DNA of 63,814 bases from Muribaculaceae bacterium (GCA_963623755.1 CAVFNE010000002.1:1-63814); one strand, 5' to 3'. Counted from the stretch's first letter, positions 28,028 to 38,088 are shown. Notes: generated by a model not told the origin, from the letters alone. Program-made: numbers and translations.

Positions 28028-29236
28028 ATGCAGATGTCGAACCGTATTTCAGGCTTTCAATGTTCTCCCATTAGGAGACTTGTTCCACTAAGCAGAAGGG
28101 CTGAGGAGAATGGCCTTCATGTCATTCACCTCAACATAGGGCAGCCGGATATAAAAACCCCGAAAGAGGCCCTTGATGCAATTCACTCATACAGCGCCGA
28201 AACTATAGCCTACGGCCTCAGCGAAGGGGAGATGAAGCTGCGCTCGTCCCTTCTCGGCTACTATAAGAAGATGGGCATCGATGACCTCACCACAGACGAC
28301 ATTATGATAACAACCGGAGGCTCGGAAGCTCTCCAGTTTACATTCATCACGCTCTGCGACCCGTATGACGAGGTGATTATCCCGGAGCCTTACTACACAA
28401 ACGTTGCCACCTTTGCAAAGGTTGCAATGGTAGAACTCCGACCCGTGACATCATCCTCCTCCAACGGATTCATCCTCCCTTCAATTGATGCCTTCGAGGA
28501 TAAGATCAACAAGAAGACAACAGCAATACTTCTCTGTTCTCCCAATAACCCGACGGGACATATATATACAAAAGATGAATTGACGGCCCTCCTTGAACTG
28601 TGCCGTAAGCACGATATCTTTCTTGTTGTCGATGAGGTATACAGGGAATTCTGTTATGACGGAAAGAAGTTTACTTCAGTCCTCTCATTTCCTGAATATG
28701 CCGACAGGATAATATGTATAGACAGCTTCTCGAAGAGATTCTCAATGTGCGGTTCACGTATCGGGGCAATAGTAACGAAAAATCAGGAATTCATTGCAAA
28801 CTGTCTCAAGATGGCTCAAGCGAGGCTCTGTCCTCCGGCTGTAGAGGAGGAGGCTGCCGCTGCTGCGTTGACTGCTCCCGAGGAGTATATCACAATGACG
28901 GTGGCTGAGTATGAGAGAAGACGCAATACACTTGTCAAGGCAATGCAGCGCATTGAGGGCGTGAGGGTCACAATGCCCAAGGGGGCATTCTATTTCATAG
29001 CAGACCTTCCCGTAGATGACGCGGAAAAGTTTGCATCCTACATGCTCAGCGAGTTCTCGTATAAGGGAAATACCGTCATGTTTGCACCTGCCGAGGGTTT
29101 TTACTGGACACCGGGATACGGCAGATGTCAGGCGAGGTTCGCATATGTACTTAATGAGGAGGAATTGAAGATGGCAGCTGAGTGCCTCCGCCTCGGTCTT
29201 AAGGCATATAGAAAGAACGTCATGCATATCCAGTAA
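28028..29236 (+). CDS. Class I/II PLP-dependent aminotransferase (aspartate aminotransferase-like)
   Basis: SPNNPTG and the SFSKRFSMCGSRIG PLP-lysine motif; GAGGAG SD. Confidence 0.88.
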   Translation: MQMSNRISGFQCSPIRRLVPLSRRAEENGLHVIHLNIGQPDIKTPKEALDAIHSYSAETIAYGLSEGEMKLRSSLLGYYKKMGIDDLTTDDIMITTGGSEALQFTFITLCDPYDEVIIPEPYYTNVATFAKVAMVELRPVTSSSSNGFILPSIDAFEDKINKKTTAILLCSPNNPTGHIYTKDELTALLELCRKHDIFLVVDEVYREFCYDGKKFTSVLSFPEYADRIICIDSFSKRFSMCGSRIGAIVTKNQEFIANCLKMAQARLCPPAVEEEAAAAALTAPEEYITMTVAEYERRRNTLVKAMQRIEGVRVTMPKGAFYFIADLPVDDAEKFASYMLSEFSYKGNTVMFAPAEGFYWTPGYGRCQARFAYVLNEEELKMAAECLRLGLKAYRKNVMHIQ

Positions 29237-29247
29237 GGAAGAAAATA

Positions 29248-32200
29248 GTGTACGATTTCTTTTCTCCACTTGATGAAATAAAAAAGATTCCTTCTCAGAA
29301 GGCCGAGAAAAATATTCTTGAGAGCTATGATTATCTCTCGAATGATTTCTCTTCGATAGAGAAAGTGATGAGACAGTACAACCCTCTTGAGCTTATAAAG
29401 CTTTCGCTCTGGGATGAGAGGAAAGTCCTCAGGGAGAAAAAGAAAGACCAGAGGAAGAATGCATCTACAGTTCTTATGCCTGTTGTCCTCCAATCGGTGC
29501 TTCTCTCTTCCTATTTCACAGGATATGGAAGTAAAAGAAGTATAAGCGAAAAGGACTGGGCCAGACTTAAGGCCATAATCGATGATGTTCTGAGAAGAGT
29601 TATCAGGATAATCGAAAATAAGAGTGCATTGTTTATGGCTGACGGGGAGAAAACGAGAAGGGAAGGAGAGACTTACAGAAGGGTAATATCCTCCTATCTT
29701 TTACCTCCCGTCGTCACAACAGAGAGCCTGAGAAAAGATATGACGATGCTCTCCTCTCTTTTTGAAGAGAAGTGGCCGTCACTTGCAATTAATGACACAG
29801 ATGTATCTACTTATGTTATTAATATCGACAACATTGCCTCAAAGAGTCTGAAGGGAATAGACGATTTATGCCTGCGTGTTCAGAGCTACAGCGATGAATT
29901 TAATCTCGCTCGTGCCCAGAAGAAAGATGAGCTATCAGGAAAGAGCGAAGACGAAATCTACCGTATAATCACAAAGGAAAACCGGTGGGAGGGAAGAGCT
30001 GAAAAGCTCATAGGAGAGCGTGACGGCTTCGACTACTACACTCTTGATAAGCTTACCTCTCTCAGTGCGGATGATTTCAAACCCTTCACTGCTGGGGCTG
30101 GGTCACTCGATATAATATCACTATTGAAGCTTGGTTATTGGCCTGCAATGCGTTTCCCGTTTTTCGCCCTCGACGGAAAACTCTATACATTTATCGGAAA
30201 GCATATCCCTCGTTTTATTGCGCTTTCCTCGTCCTTTTCGAGGCGTGAGGCATCTCTTAAAGATGTTTCGGCTATATTCTTCCGCACGGGAATCGACACA
30301 TACACATACGACGGCAATGCAATTGATATATCTGTACTCCCGTCATACTACGACACGAATATCTTTCTCTCCCCATCCTCTCTGACAGAGATTGAGACGG
30401 AGAGATGTGAAGAGCTCTCTCTTAAGGCATGTTATGGCCACAAAAGGCTTATTGTAGACCCTGACGGGGAAGAAGACATGAAAAACGAAGGAGACTCCGT
30501 CCTGATGATTTCGTCTGTTTTCATGGCTGATGCTGCAAGAAACAGAAATTGTAAACACGAGCTTATTAAATCTTTACTGGGAGATTTGGAACTCCCCGAA
30601 AAGACAAGTGAATACAATGTAATAGACGAAGATGAGATTGTAAATGATAATCCCTCTCCCGTAGATGACGATGATGATATGATAAGCGACGAGTATGAGT
30701 ATGACTCGTCTGACGGAGACAGCGATGTGCTCTTTGACAATGAAGTGGATGAACTTCCCCCCGAATATGAGAAAAAGGTTGTCGATATAAAGAAGGAAGA
30801 GGAGAAGTATGCCCTTACCGATGAGATAATCGCTAAAGAAGAGAAGAAGAGTGAAGAAGAGGAAAAGTACACTCTCGATTTTGATGACGATATATTCGAT
30901 GACAGCGAAGAAGAGGAAAAACTTGACGATATAGGGGAGAAGGAAGACGACGAATACTATATCGAAGAGGAGAACGAGGAGCAGAGGGAAGAAGAGAAAG
31001 TCTTTGATGACGAAGACTCAAAAGAGGACGATAATGGCGGGCAGCTGGACTTCTTCGACCTTCTGGATGAAGATGAGGTTGACGATAAGCCTTCCACTGA
31101 GGAAAGTGTGAAAGAAGACGACGGGGAGAACGATTATGATGCGGAGGAAACAGAAGAACTCGTACCTCAATCTCCCCTGATGCCTCTCTTTGATGACGAC
31201 AAAGCGGACGAAGAAGAGCAAGAGGAAAGGCCTCTCGACGAAGAAATAGAGAAAGAGGACGAAGAGGAATTTGTTCAAGAAGAAGAGAAAGCTGAAGAAC
31301 TCGATAATGAAGACCTGGATAATCTTCCTCAAATAGATGAAGAAAAAACAGAAGAGCCCGCTGATGTAGAGCAGAGTAATCTTTCTCCACTGGACGAAAA
31401 TCTTTTGAATGAAGAAGAAACAGTATCTGATGACGACAACTTGGACAGTGATGACTCTTTCACACTTCCCTCTCTTGAAGATAACGAGGAAGAATATGTT
31501 TCATCTACTCCTCAGAAAGAGTCAAAGAATACAACAGCAGATTGGCTCAGTGCATTTATGGGCCTCGATGATGATGTGGCTGAGGAAGATTATTCTTCTC
31601 AGGAGGAATCTCCTTTTATTGAGGAGCACTCTCTTGATATAACCAATAGCGAAAACGATGAGGAAACAGAAAAAGAAGCTTCTCCAGACTCTATAGAGGA
31701 CAAAGAAGATGCTTCTTTGGAAAATGCTGAAGTCCCCATAGAAGAGGATATTCCTCAAAACGCTGTAGAGAATTCAGGGGAAGAAGACAGAGTGGAGCCT
31801 GATGGGGATACCCCACTTGAAGAAGAGCATCAGATTCTCACTATGGAAGAGCTTGAGGGGGAGGATGAAGTACTTCCTCTTGTCTCGGATGATAAGGACG
31901 AATATATTCCATACAATGGAATTGTCAGGGAGATTTATCAGACTCTGACATCATCTTCCGTCTTTGCTGGATTTTTAGATGATTCGGGAGTACAGACTGC
32001 AGAGGAATTGGAGGAAGTTATCCACAACAGCTGGGAGAAGTCGAAAAACGAAGGAAAGGATAAACTTTTCAATATAGCTCAATACTCGATTTCCGTCATA
32101 ATTTCACATAACCTCGTGAAGGATGAATTGAGAAAATCGGAGCTCTACAATAATGCCGGCGGTATCATGTACTCCTACGACCGCGATAAGTGGACGGCAA

Positions 32201-32343
32201 TCCTACTCTTCATTGATGACTCCTTCTCCCTCTCGGATGCCTATGAAAAGACTCTGACAAAGGAGAGCTTCTCTCCCTCCGACTGGAAGCGGGTTACATA
32301 CATCGGCGAGCAGATTAAGAATAAGGCTTCGAAAAATGGATAA
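29248..32343 (+). CDS. Large hypothetical protein with a roughly 400-aa poly-acidic (D/E-rich) central region
   Basis: A 1031-codon ORF with a GTG start 11 nt after the aminotransferase stop, overlapping the next gene by 8 bp. The region around 30620-31900 is dominated by GAA/GAG/GAT codons. The N- and C-terminal regions have normal composition. Confidence 0.7.
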   Translation: MYDFFSPLDEIKKIPSQKAEKNILESYDYLSNDFSSIEKVMRQYNPLELIKLSLWDERKVLREKKKDQRKNASTVLMPVVLQSVLLSSYFTGYGSKRSISEKDWARLKAIIDDVLRRVIRIIENKSALFMADGEKTRREGETYRRVISSYLLPPVVTTESLRKDMTMLSSLFEEKWPSLAINDTDVSTYVINIDNIASKSLKGIDDLCLRVQSYSDEFNLARAQKKDELSGKSEDEIYRIITKENRWEGRAEKLIGERDGFDYYTLDKLTSLSADDFKPFTAGAGSLDIISLLKLGYWPAMRFPFFALDGKLYTFIGKHIPRFIALSSSFSRREASLKDVSAIFFRTGIDTYTYDGNAIDISVLPSYYDTNIFLSPSSLTEIETERCEELSLKACYGHKRLIVDPDGEEDMKNEGDSVLMISSVFMADAARNRNCKHELIKSLLGDLELPEKTSEYNVIDEDEIVNDNPSPVDDDDDMISDEYEYDSSDGDSDVLFDNEVDELPPEYEKKVVDIKKEEEKYALTDEIIAKEEKKSEEEEKYTLDFDDDIFDDSEEEEKLDDIGEKEDDEYYIEEENEEQREEEKVFDDEDSKEDDNGGQLDFFDLLDEDEVDDKPSTEESVKEDDGENDYDAEETEELVPQSPLMPLFDDDKADEEEQEERPLDEEIEKEDEEEFVQEEEKAEELDNEDLDNLPQIDEEKTEEPADVEQSNLSPLDENLLNEEETVSDDDNLDSDDSFTLPSLEDNEEEYVSSTPQKESKNTTADWLSAFMGLDDDVAEEDYSSQEESPFIEEHSLDITNSENDEETEKEASPDSIEDKEDASLENAEVPIEEDIPQNAVENSGEEDRVEPDGDTPLEEEHQILTMEELEGEDEVLPLVSDDKDEYIPYNGIVREIYQTLTSSSVFAGFLDDSGVQTAEELEEVIHNSWEKSKNEGKDKLFNIAQYSISVIISHNLVKDELRKSELYNNAGGIMYSYDRDKWTAILLFIDDSFSLSDAYEKTLTKESFSPSDWKRVTYIGEQIKNKASKNG

Positions 32344-33121
32344 GAGTGAACTTAAAAAACGCCTAGGTGTGGCGCTGGAGATTGCCAAAGAAGCATCCGG
32401 TTTCCTTCTTGAACACGAGAAGCTCAGATTCTCTGTCGAGGACAAGGCTGAAAATGACTACGTAACGAAGGCCGATAAACTCACAGAAGAGTATATTCAT
32501 GGTCGAATCAGGAAAGAGTTTCCTCTTGATGGATGGCTGGGAGAAGAGAGTGGATCTTGCGGGGACAGAAGGCGACGCTGGATAGTCGATCCGATAGATG
32601 GAACTGTTGATTTCATGTGGTCTTTTCCCCTCTACACTATATCTATTGCATTCGAGGACGAGGAAGGACTGGCGCTTGGTGTTGTTGCCGTTCCGAGGCA
32701 GAATGAGATTTTCTATGCCATCCGAGGAGAGGGAGCTTTCCTTAACGGCAGAAGAATAGAGATAAGCGGAGAAATAGAGAGTGGAAAGTCTCTTGCTCTT
32801 CTTGTTCCTCCTCACAGAAAACATGATAGCCTGGATGAGTATATTGTCAAAATGCGTCGTTTCTACGACCACTTCAGTGATATGAGGAGTATAGGCAGCG
32901 CGGCTTGTTCCCTCTGTTATGTGGCATCTGGACGATCTGCAATATACTACGAAGAGTTTCTTTATAGATATGATATTGCCGCAGGGGTATTGATTGTTAG
33001 AGAAGCTGGTGGTAGAGTCAGCCTCAAATGGAATGGAGAGGGTGTCTCCATCCTTGCTTCTGCGTCTTCGGTACATGATTTAGGATTGGAGCTTATAGAT
33101 GGTAAAGGCAGTTATATTTGA
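32336..33121 (+). CDS. suhB: Inositol monophosphatase family protein
   Basis: WLGEES.. and the WIVDPIDGT metal-binding motif; ..YDIAAG. Confidence 0.87.
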   Translation: MDKSELKKRLGVALEIAKEASGFLLEHEKLRFSVEDKAENDYVTKADKLTEEYIHGRIRKEFPLDGWLGEESGSCGDRRRRWIVDPIDGTVDFMWSFPLYTISIAFEDEEGLALGVVAVPRQNEIFYAIRGEGAFLNGRRIEISGEIESGKSLALLVPPHRKHDSLDEYIVKMRRFYDHFSDMRSIGSAACSLCYVASGRSAIYYEEFLYRYDIAAGVLIVREAGGRVSLKWNGEGVSILASASSVHDLGLELIDGKGSYI

Positions 33122-34145
33122 TTTTGACGGGACAATCTGCGACAGCTCTGAAGGAATTATGGAGAGCGCGCTAAAAACTGTGGAAGGCCTCGGCTACGAT
33201 TCTTCTCTCTACAGCCGTGACTACCTCAAAAGATTCATCGGACCTCCCCTCAGAGACTGCTTCCGCATAACTTTCTCCGTCCCTGAAGATAAAATCGAGC
33301 ATTGTGTTGCTGTCTACCGCAGGTACTACAACGAAAAGGGAATGTTCCAGATGAAACCGTACCCAGGTATAAGGGAACTTTTGTATGCCCTCCGCTCTCA
33401 GGGCATAAAGACGGCAATTGCGACAAACAAGATGGAAGAACTTGCTCTGCGCTGCATCCACTCTCAGAATATGGACGATTGCTTCGATGTCATAAAAGGC
33501 CCCCTTGTCGACGGTGGAATTACAAAGGCCGAGGTTATATTGAATGCAATTGAGGCTCTCGGTGTTGATAAATCTCAGGTTATAATGGTCGGCGACACAT
33601 CCAATGATCTCAACGGTGCGCGGAAGATAGGGGTGGACTTTCTCGGTGTAAGCTGGGGATTCGGTTTTTCGGTTTCGAATGAAGAAAACCTTCCACTCAT
33701 CAATGAACCCTATGAAATACTTCAAAAAGTAATGGAAATAAACAGAGAGGAGAAAAAAGAGATGATTGAAAAAGTTGACACACCACTGGGCCCGAAGGCA
33801 GTCGGACCGTACAGCCAGGCAGTTAAGGCGAACGGCTTTTTGTTTGTCTCGGGCGTATTAGCTCTTAGCCCAGTAAGCGGAGAGCTTATCGGCGGGACAG
33901 CAGAGGAACAGGCAGAACAGATTTTCAGGAATGCTGAAGCTATCATCTCGGCGGGAGGCGGAAGGATTGAGAACACAGTCAAGTGTGTTGTGTACCTCAC
34001 ATCCATCAAAGACTTTGCGTCTGTCAACCAGGTATACGCTGAGGCTTTCAAAGATGCCCCTGTCCTTCCTGCGCGCTGTGCTTTTGAAGTATCAGAGCTA
34101 CCGAAGGGCGGTAAAGTCGAGATTGAATTTACAGTTGCATTATGA
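33099..34145 (+). CDS. Fusion protein: HAD phosphatase (phosphoglycolate-phosphatase-like) plus RidA/YjgF reactive-intermediate deaminase
   Basis: N-terminal half has VIFDFDGTICDS, ATNK and GDTSNDL HAD motifs. C-terminal half has GPYSQAVKANGFLFVSG.. and the ..ARCAFEVSELPKGGKVEIE RidA signature. Confidence 0.85.
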   Translation: MVKAVIFDFDGTICDSSEGIMESALKTVEGLGYDSSLYSRDYLKRFIGPPLRDCFRITFSVPEDKIEHCVAVYRRYYNEKGMFQMKPYPGIRELLYALRSQGIKTAIATNKMEELALRCIHSQNMDDCFDVIKGPLVDGGITKAEVILNAIEALGVDKSQVIMVGDTSNDLNGARKIGVDFLGVSWGFGFSVSNEENLPLINEPYEILQKVMEINREEKKEMIEKVDTPLGPKAVGPYSQAVKANGFLFVSGVLALSPVSGELIGGTAEEQAEQIFRNAEAIISAGGGRIENTVKCVVYLTSIKDFASVNQVYAEAFKDAPVLPARCAFEVSELPKGGKVEIEFTVAL

Positions 34146-34150
34146 GTAAA

Positions 34151-34175
34151 AGCAGACTGAATGTCTGCTTTTTAT
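34151..34175 (+). terminator. Rho-independent terminator of the prs..HAD-RidA operon
   Basis: AGCAGAC-TGAAT-GTCTGCT stem-loop followed by TTTTT. Confidence 0.75.
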
Positions 34176-34292
34176 ATTAGGCTCATCTATTTTTAAATTT
34201 GTTGTTTTTTGTTGCAGATTTAAAAAAACGAGTGATAGAATTAATTTTAAAGACCAGTACGAACTGGGAATCCAGTTTTATCAGGAGACACA

Positions 34293-35822
34293 ATGCTTAA
34301 TAACAGTGCTATAGAACTAAAGGGTATTACGAAGCGGTTCGGCAGTGTTGTCGCCAATGACTCAATCGACCTGGAGATCAAGAGGGGTGAAATTTTGTCC
34401 CTTCTGGGGGAGAATGGAAGTGGTAAGACAACCTTGATGAACATGCTCAGCGGTATTTATCAGCCTGATGAGGGTAAGATTTATGCCGACGGCAGGGAAG
34501 TCACAATCCGTTCACCTAAGGATGCTTTCGATTTGGGAATCGGAATGATTCACCAGCATTACCACCTTGTTGACGTATTCACAGCTGCGCAGAACATCAT
34601 TCTCGGCCTTGATGAGGAGATGGATTTGAAGTCCACGAACCAGAAGGTCAAGGAAATCTGTTCCCGTTATGGTTTCGATATCGACCCTGCGATGAAGGTC
34701 TATGATATGTCGGTTTCCCAGAAGCAGACAGTCGAGATTGTAAAGGTCCTCTACAGGGGAGCCGAGATTCTCATCCTCGATGAACCTACCGCCGTACTCA
34801 CGCCTCAGGAGACAGATAAGCTTTTTGATGTTTTGAGAAACATGAAGAAGGATGGTAAGGCTATTGTCATCATTACCCATAAGCTAGCCGAGGTCATGGC
34901 TATCTCCGATAAGGTCGCAGTCCTCAGAAAGGGTAAGTATATAGGCACAGTTAAGACAAGTGAGTCCAGCCCACAGAGCTTGACGGATATGATGGTCGGC
35001 CATGCCGTTGTTCTTAATATTGACAGGCCTGAGTATCCCAATCCACAGCCCAGACTTGTTGTGAGCTCTATTTCCTGTAAGGATAACGAGGGCGTTGAGA
35101 AACTCAAGAAAGTCTCGTTCGAAGCTATGGGAGGAGAAATTCTCGGGGTTGCAGGTGTTGCAGGTTCGGGCCAGAAGGAGCTGTTGGAGTGTCTGACAGG
35201 TCTCTATCCTATGACGGAAGGCTCAATCAAGTATATCGAGCAGGAAGACGGTACACAGAAGGAACTGGTGGGACTAGCGCCGAAGAAAATCAGGGAAATC
35301 GGGGTCGGTATGGCATTTGTTCCTGAAGACCGACTTGGTATGGGGCTTGTCGGGTCGATGGGAATGACGAGTAACATGATGCTCCGTACATGGCGAAGTG
35401 GTAAGTCGATATTCTTCAACAAGAAGGTCCCGCAGGCTACTGCAGATAGGATTTGGAAGGATTTGGAGGTTGTAACACCGTCAACTGAATTCCCCGTAAG
35501 GCGCATGAGCGGCGGTAACATCCAGAAGGTACTTGTCGGAAGAGAAATTGCATCCGAGCCTAACGTGCTTTTAACAGCCTATGCTGTCCGCGGTCTCGAC
35601 ATCAACACATCATACACAATATATAACCTTCTCACCGAACAGAAGATGAAGGGGGTGGCTGTTGTCTATGTCGGCGAGGAACTGGATGTTCTACTTGAAC
35701 TGTGTGACAGGATTCTTGTTCTATGCGACGGTCAGGTGAGCGGGATAGTCGATGCACGTACCACAACTAAAGAAGAAATCGGCTTCATGATGACTACCGT
35801 CGGCGGAAAGGAGAGAGCATAA
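34293..35822 (+). CDS. ABC transporter ATP-binding protein (duplicated cassette, sugar/nucleoside type)
   Basis: Walker A GENGSGKTT, signature-like LSVSQKQ, Walker B ILILDEPT, and a degenerate second cassette (MSGGNIQK); AGGAGA SD. Confidence 0.93.
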   Translation: MLNNSAIELKGITKRFGSVVANDSIDLEIKRGEILSLLGENGSGKTTLMNMLSGIYQPDEGKIYADGREVTIRSPKDAFDLGIGMIHQHYHLVDVFTAAQNIILGLDEEMDLKSTNQKVKEICSRYGFDIDPAMKVYDMSVSQKQTVEIVKVLYRGAEILILDEPTAVLTPQETDKLFDVLRNMKKDGKAIVIITHKLAEVMAISDKVAVLRKGKYIGTVKTSESSPQSLTDMMVGHAVVLNIDRPEYPNPQPRLVVSSISCKDNEGVEKLKKVSFEAMGGEILGVAGVAGSGQKELLECLTGLYPMTEGSIKYIEQEDGTQKELVGLAPKKIREIGVGMAFVPEDRLGMGLVGSMGMTSNMMLRTWRSGKSIFFNKKVPQATADRIWKDLEVVTPSTEFPVRRMSGGNIQKVLVGREIASEPNVLLTAYAVRGLDINTSYTIYNLLTEQKMKGVAVVYVGEELDVLLELCDRILVLCDGQVSGIVDARTTTKEEIGFMMTTVGGKERA

Positions 35823-36916
35823 TGGAAGCGAAGAAAGCACCTTTAATCCGTCTCGCCAAGAGAGACGGAATGGAACCAAAGAAAGCCTGGGCCATCAGAG
35901 TGGGATCAATTGTAGTAGCACTGCTTCTTGGTATGATTCCTATACTTCTAGCCGGAAAGAACCCCTTTGAGTCATATGGCGTTATGATATCCGGCGCGCT
36001 CTCGAAGCCGGGCTATATACGTCAGACAGTAAAGAAGGCAATTCCTCTTCTCGGTTGTGCTCTTGCCATTGCACCATGTTTCAAGATGAAGTTCTGGAAC
36101 ATCGGAGCAGAAGGCCAGATTACAATGGGCGCTATATGGGCAACCTACTTTGCAATCCACTTTCAGAATGTAATTCCGTCAAGATTTTTAATGCTTATGA
36201 TTATGATGGTTGCAGGAGCAATCGGTGGGGCGGTCTGGGCATTCATCCCCGGATTCTTCAAGGCTAAGTACAACACCAATGAAACGCTTTTCACCCTCAT
36301 GATGAACTACATAGCAATTGGTATTGTCCGCTGGCTTCAGGGTGGCCCGTGGGAAGGACGGCAGGGAACACAGATTATCCCTATGTTCAGTGACACAGCA
36401 CGCTTGCCGAACGTACTGGGGATTTACTGCGGCTGGATTATCGTATTGGTTCTTGTTGTCGTTGTACATATCTACATGAACTATACAAAACACGGCTATG
36501 AAGTGGCTGTAATCGGTGACTCCCTCAACACTGCACGCTATGCCGGAATGGATGTCGGTTGGGTTATGATGAGAACAATGCTTTTCAGCGGGGCTATTTC
36601 AGGTCTTGTCGGCTGGATGCTCGTCAGCGGTGCCAACGGTACACTCAACAGCGATGTAGCAGGTGGTGTCGGCTTTACATCCATCACAGTTGCATGGCTC
36701 AGCCAGCTTAATTCTTTTGCAATGATTGTCATTGCTTCTATCCTTGCTATCATCGAGAAAGGATCTGCTACGCTGCAGACAAAGCTCAGCGTTCCTGCAT
36801 CGGTAGCACAGATTGTCTCAGGTATACTCCTCTTCTGTATGCTAGGCTGTGAGTTCTTCATCAACTACAAGCTGATTTTCAGAAGAAGCGGAAAAAGCGG
36901 GGGGGATAACAAATGA
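35822..36916 (+). CDS. ABC transporter permease (BMP/nucleoside system)
   Basis: Multi-TM protein. The start overlaps the ATPase stop (TAATG) and the end overlaps the next permease. Confidence 0.87.
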   Translation: MEAKKAPLIRLAKRDGMEPKKAWAIRVGSIVVALLLGMIPILLAGKNPFESYGVMISGALSKPGYIRQTVKKAIPLLGCALAIAPCFKMKFWNIGAEGQITMGAIWATYFAIHFQNVIPSRFLMLMIMMVAGAIGGAVWAFIPGFFKAKYNTNETLFTLMMNYIAIGIVRWLQGGPWEGRQGTQIIPMFSDTARLPNVLGIYCGWIIVLVLVVVVHIYMNYTKHGYEVAVIGDSLNTARYAGMDVGWVMMRTMLFSGAISGLVGWMLVSGANGTLNSDVAGGVGFTSITVAWLSQLNSFAMIVIASILAIIEKGSATLQTKLSVPASVAQIVSGILLFCMLGCEFFINYKLIFRRSGKSGGDNK

Positions 36917-37899
36917 ATGCATTAGTACTTTTGTTTGCTGCAGCCGGTGCTTACGGCACAGCCTTGATGTTCGGAACATTGGGAGAAATCCTGACTGAGA
37001 AATCCGGTAACCTGAACCTCGGTGTTGAAGGTATCATGTACATGGGAGGTATCTTCGGCCTCATCGCTCCAAACCTCTACGAAAGTGCAGTAGGAGAGGG
37101 CAATGCAAATGCGTTTGTTGCAATTCTATTGGCAATTGTTGCTGCTTTCGCTGTTGGCGCTCTTGCAGGTGGACTCTTCTCGTTCATCACAGTTACCCTC
37201 CGTGCCAACCAGAATGTTACAGGGCTTGCAATGGCAACATTTGGAACTGGAGTTGCTAAGTTTGCAGGTGAACTCAGAAGACTCGAGGTCGGAGGTTATG
37301 TAACACTTTCCAACGATCTTAAGTTTGCATTCGACAATAAGTTCATGCCGGATTTCCTGAAGAATATCCCAGTAATCGGAAAAATACTCTTCAATCAATC
37401 GGAGTTCTTCTATATTGCCATCATTCTGGCTATTGCTATGCACTTCTTCCTCTCGAGGACCAAGACTGGAATGTATCTCAGGGCCGTAGGAGAGTCTCCG
37501 GTCACAGCAGATGCTGCAGGTATCAACATTACAAAGTACAAGTACCTTGCAACTATGATAGGTGGTGGAATATCTGCTATCGGGGGCATGGTCTATACAA
37601 TGACAACAGCCGGATGTGTATGGATTGAAGCTTCTCTTTCCGGAACCGGATGGCTTGCAGTTGCACTTGTAATCTTCTGCACATGGAGACCTCTCAATGC
37701 AACCTGGAGCTCGGTACTCTTCGGTGCACTTATGATTATGTACCTCAGAATAATCGTACCTTTCTTTCCGACAGAGCTTTACAAGATACTCCCGTATGTG
37801 GTAACAGTAATTGTACTTGTCATCACAAGTATGAAAAATGTCCGCGATAAGCAGCCACCGCAGATGTTGGGTGTCAATTATTTCAGAGAAGAAAGATAA
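36913..37899 (+). CDS. ABC transporter permease (BMP/nucleoside system)
   Basis: Multi-TM paralogue of the preceding permease, with an ATGA overlap. Confidence 0.87.
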   Translation: MNALVLLFAAAGAYGTALMFGTLGEILTEKSGNLNLGVEGIMYMGGIFGLIAPNLYESAVGEGNANAFVAILLAIVAAFAVGALAGGLFSFITVTLRANQNVTGLAMATFGTGVAKFAGELRRLEVGGYVTLSNDLKFAFDNKFMPDFLKNIPVIGKILFNQSEFFYIAIILAIAMHFFLSRTKTGMYLRAVGESPVTADAAGINITKYKYLATMIGGGISAIGGMVYTMTTAGCVWIEASLSGTGWLAVALVIFCTWRPLNATWSSVLFGALMIMYLRIIVPFFPTELYKILPYVVTVIVLVITSMKNVRDKQPPQMLGVNYFREER

Positions 37900-38088
37900 T
37901 AGGTATTTACATAAAACGTAATTTAGGGTATTCTAATTTTAGGATATCCTAATTTTTATACTTTTTATTTGGTGCTATGTAAGGGATTATCTATATTAAA
38001 AAAATAATTCTTTACAGCTGAAAAAGCTCATAATAACATAGGAAGTATGAGGTACTTCTTCCAGGATGCCTCAGAGGAGAATTAATTT

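Noticed and set aside
30343-31758. Several 70-185-aa ORFs on the minus strand and in alternative frames inside the acidic region of the 1031-aa gene
   Set aside because: They are by-products of GAA/GAG/GAT-rich coding sequence. The antisense reads as long stop-free Ser/Leu/Phe-rich frames. They have no start context or SD and are fully nested in a much longer ORF.
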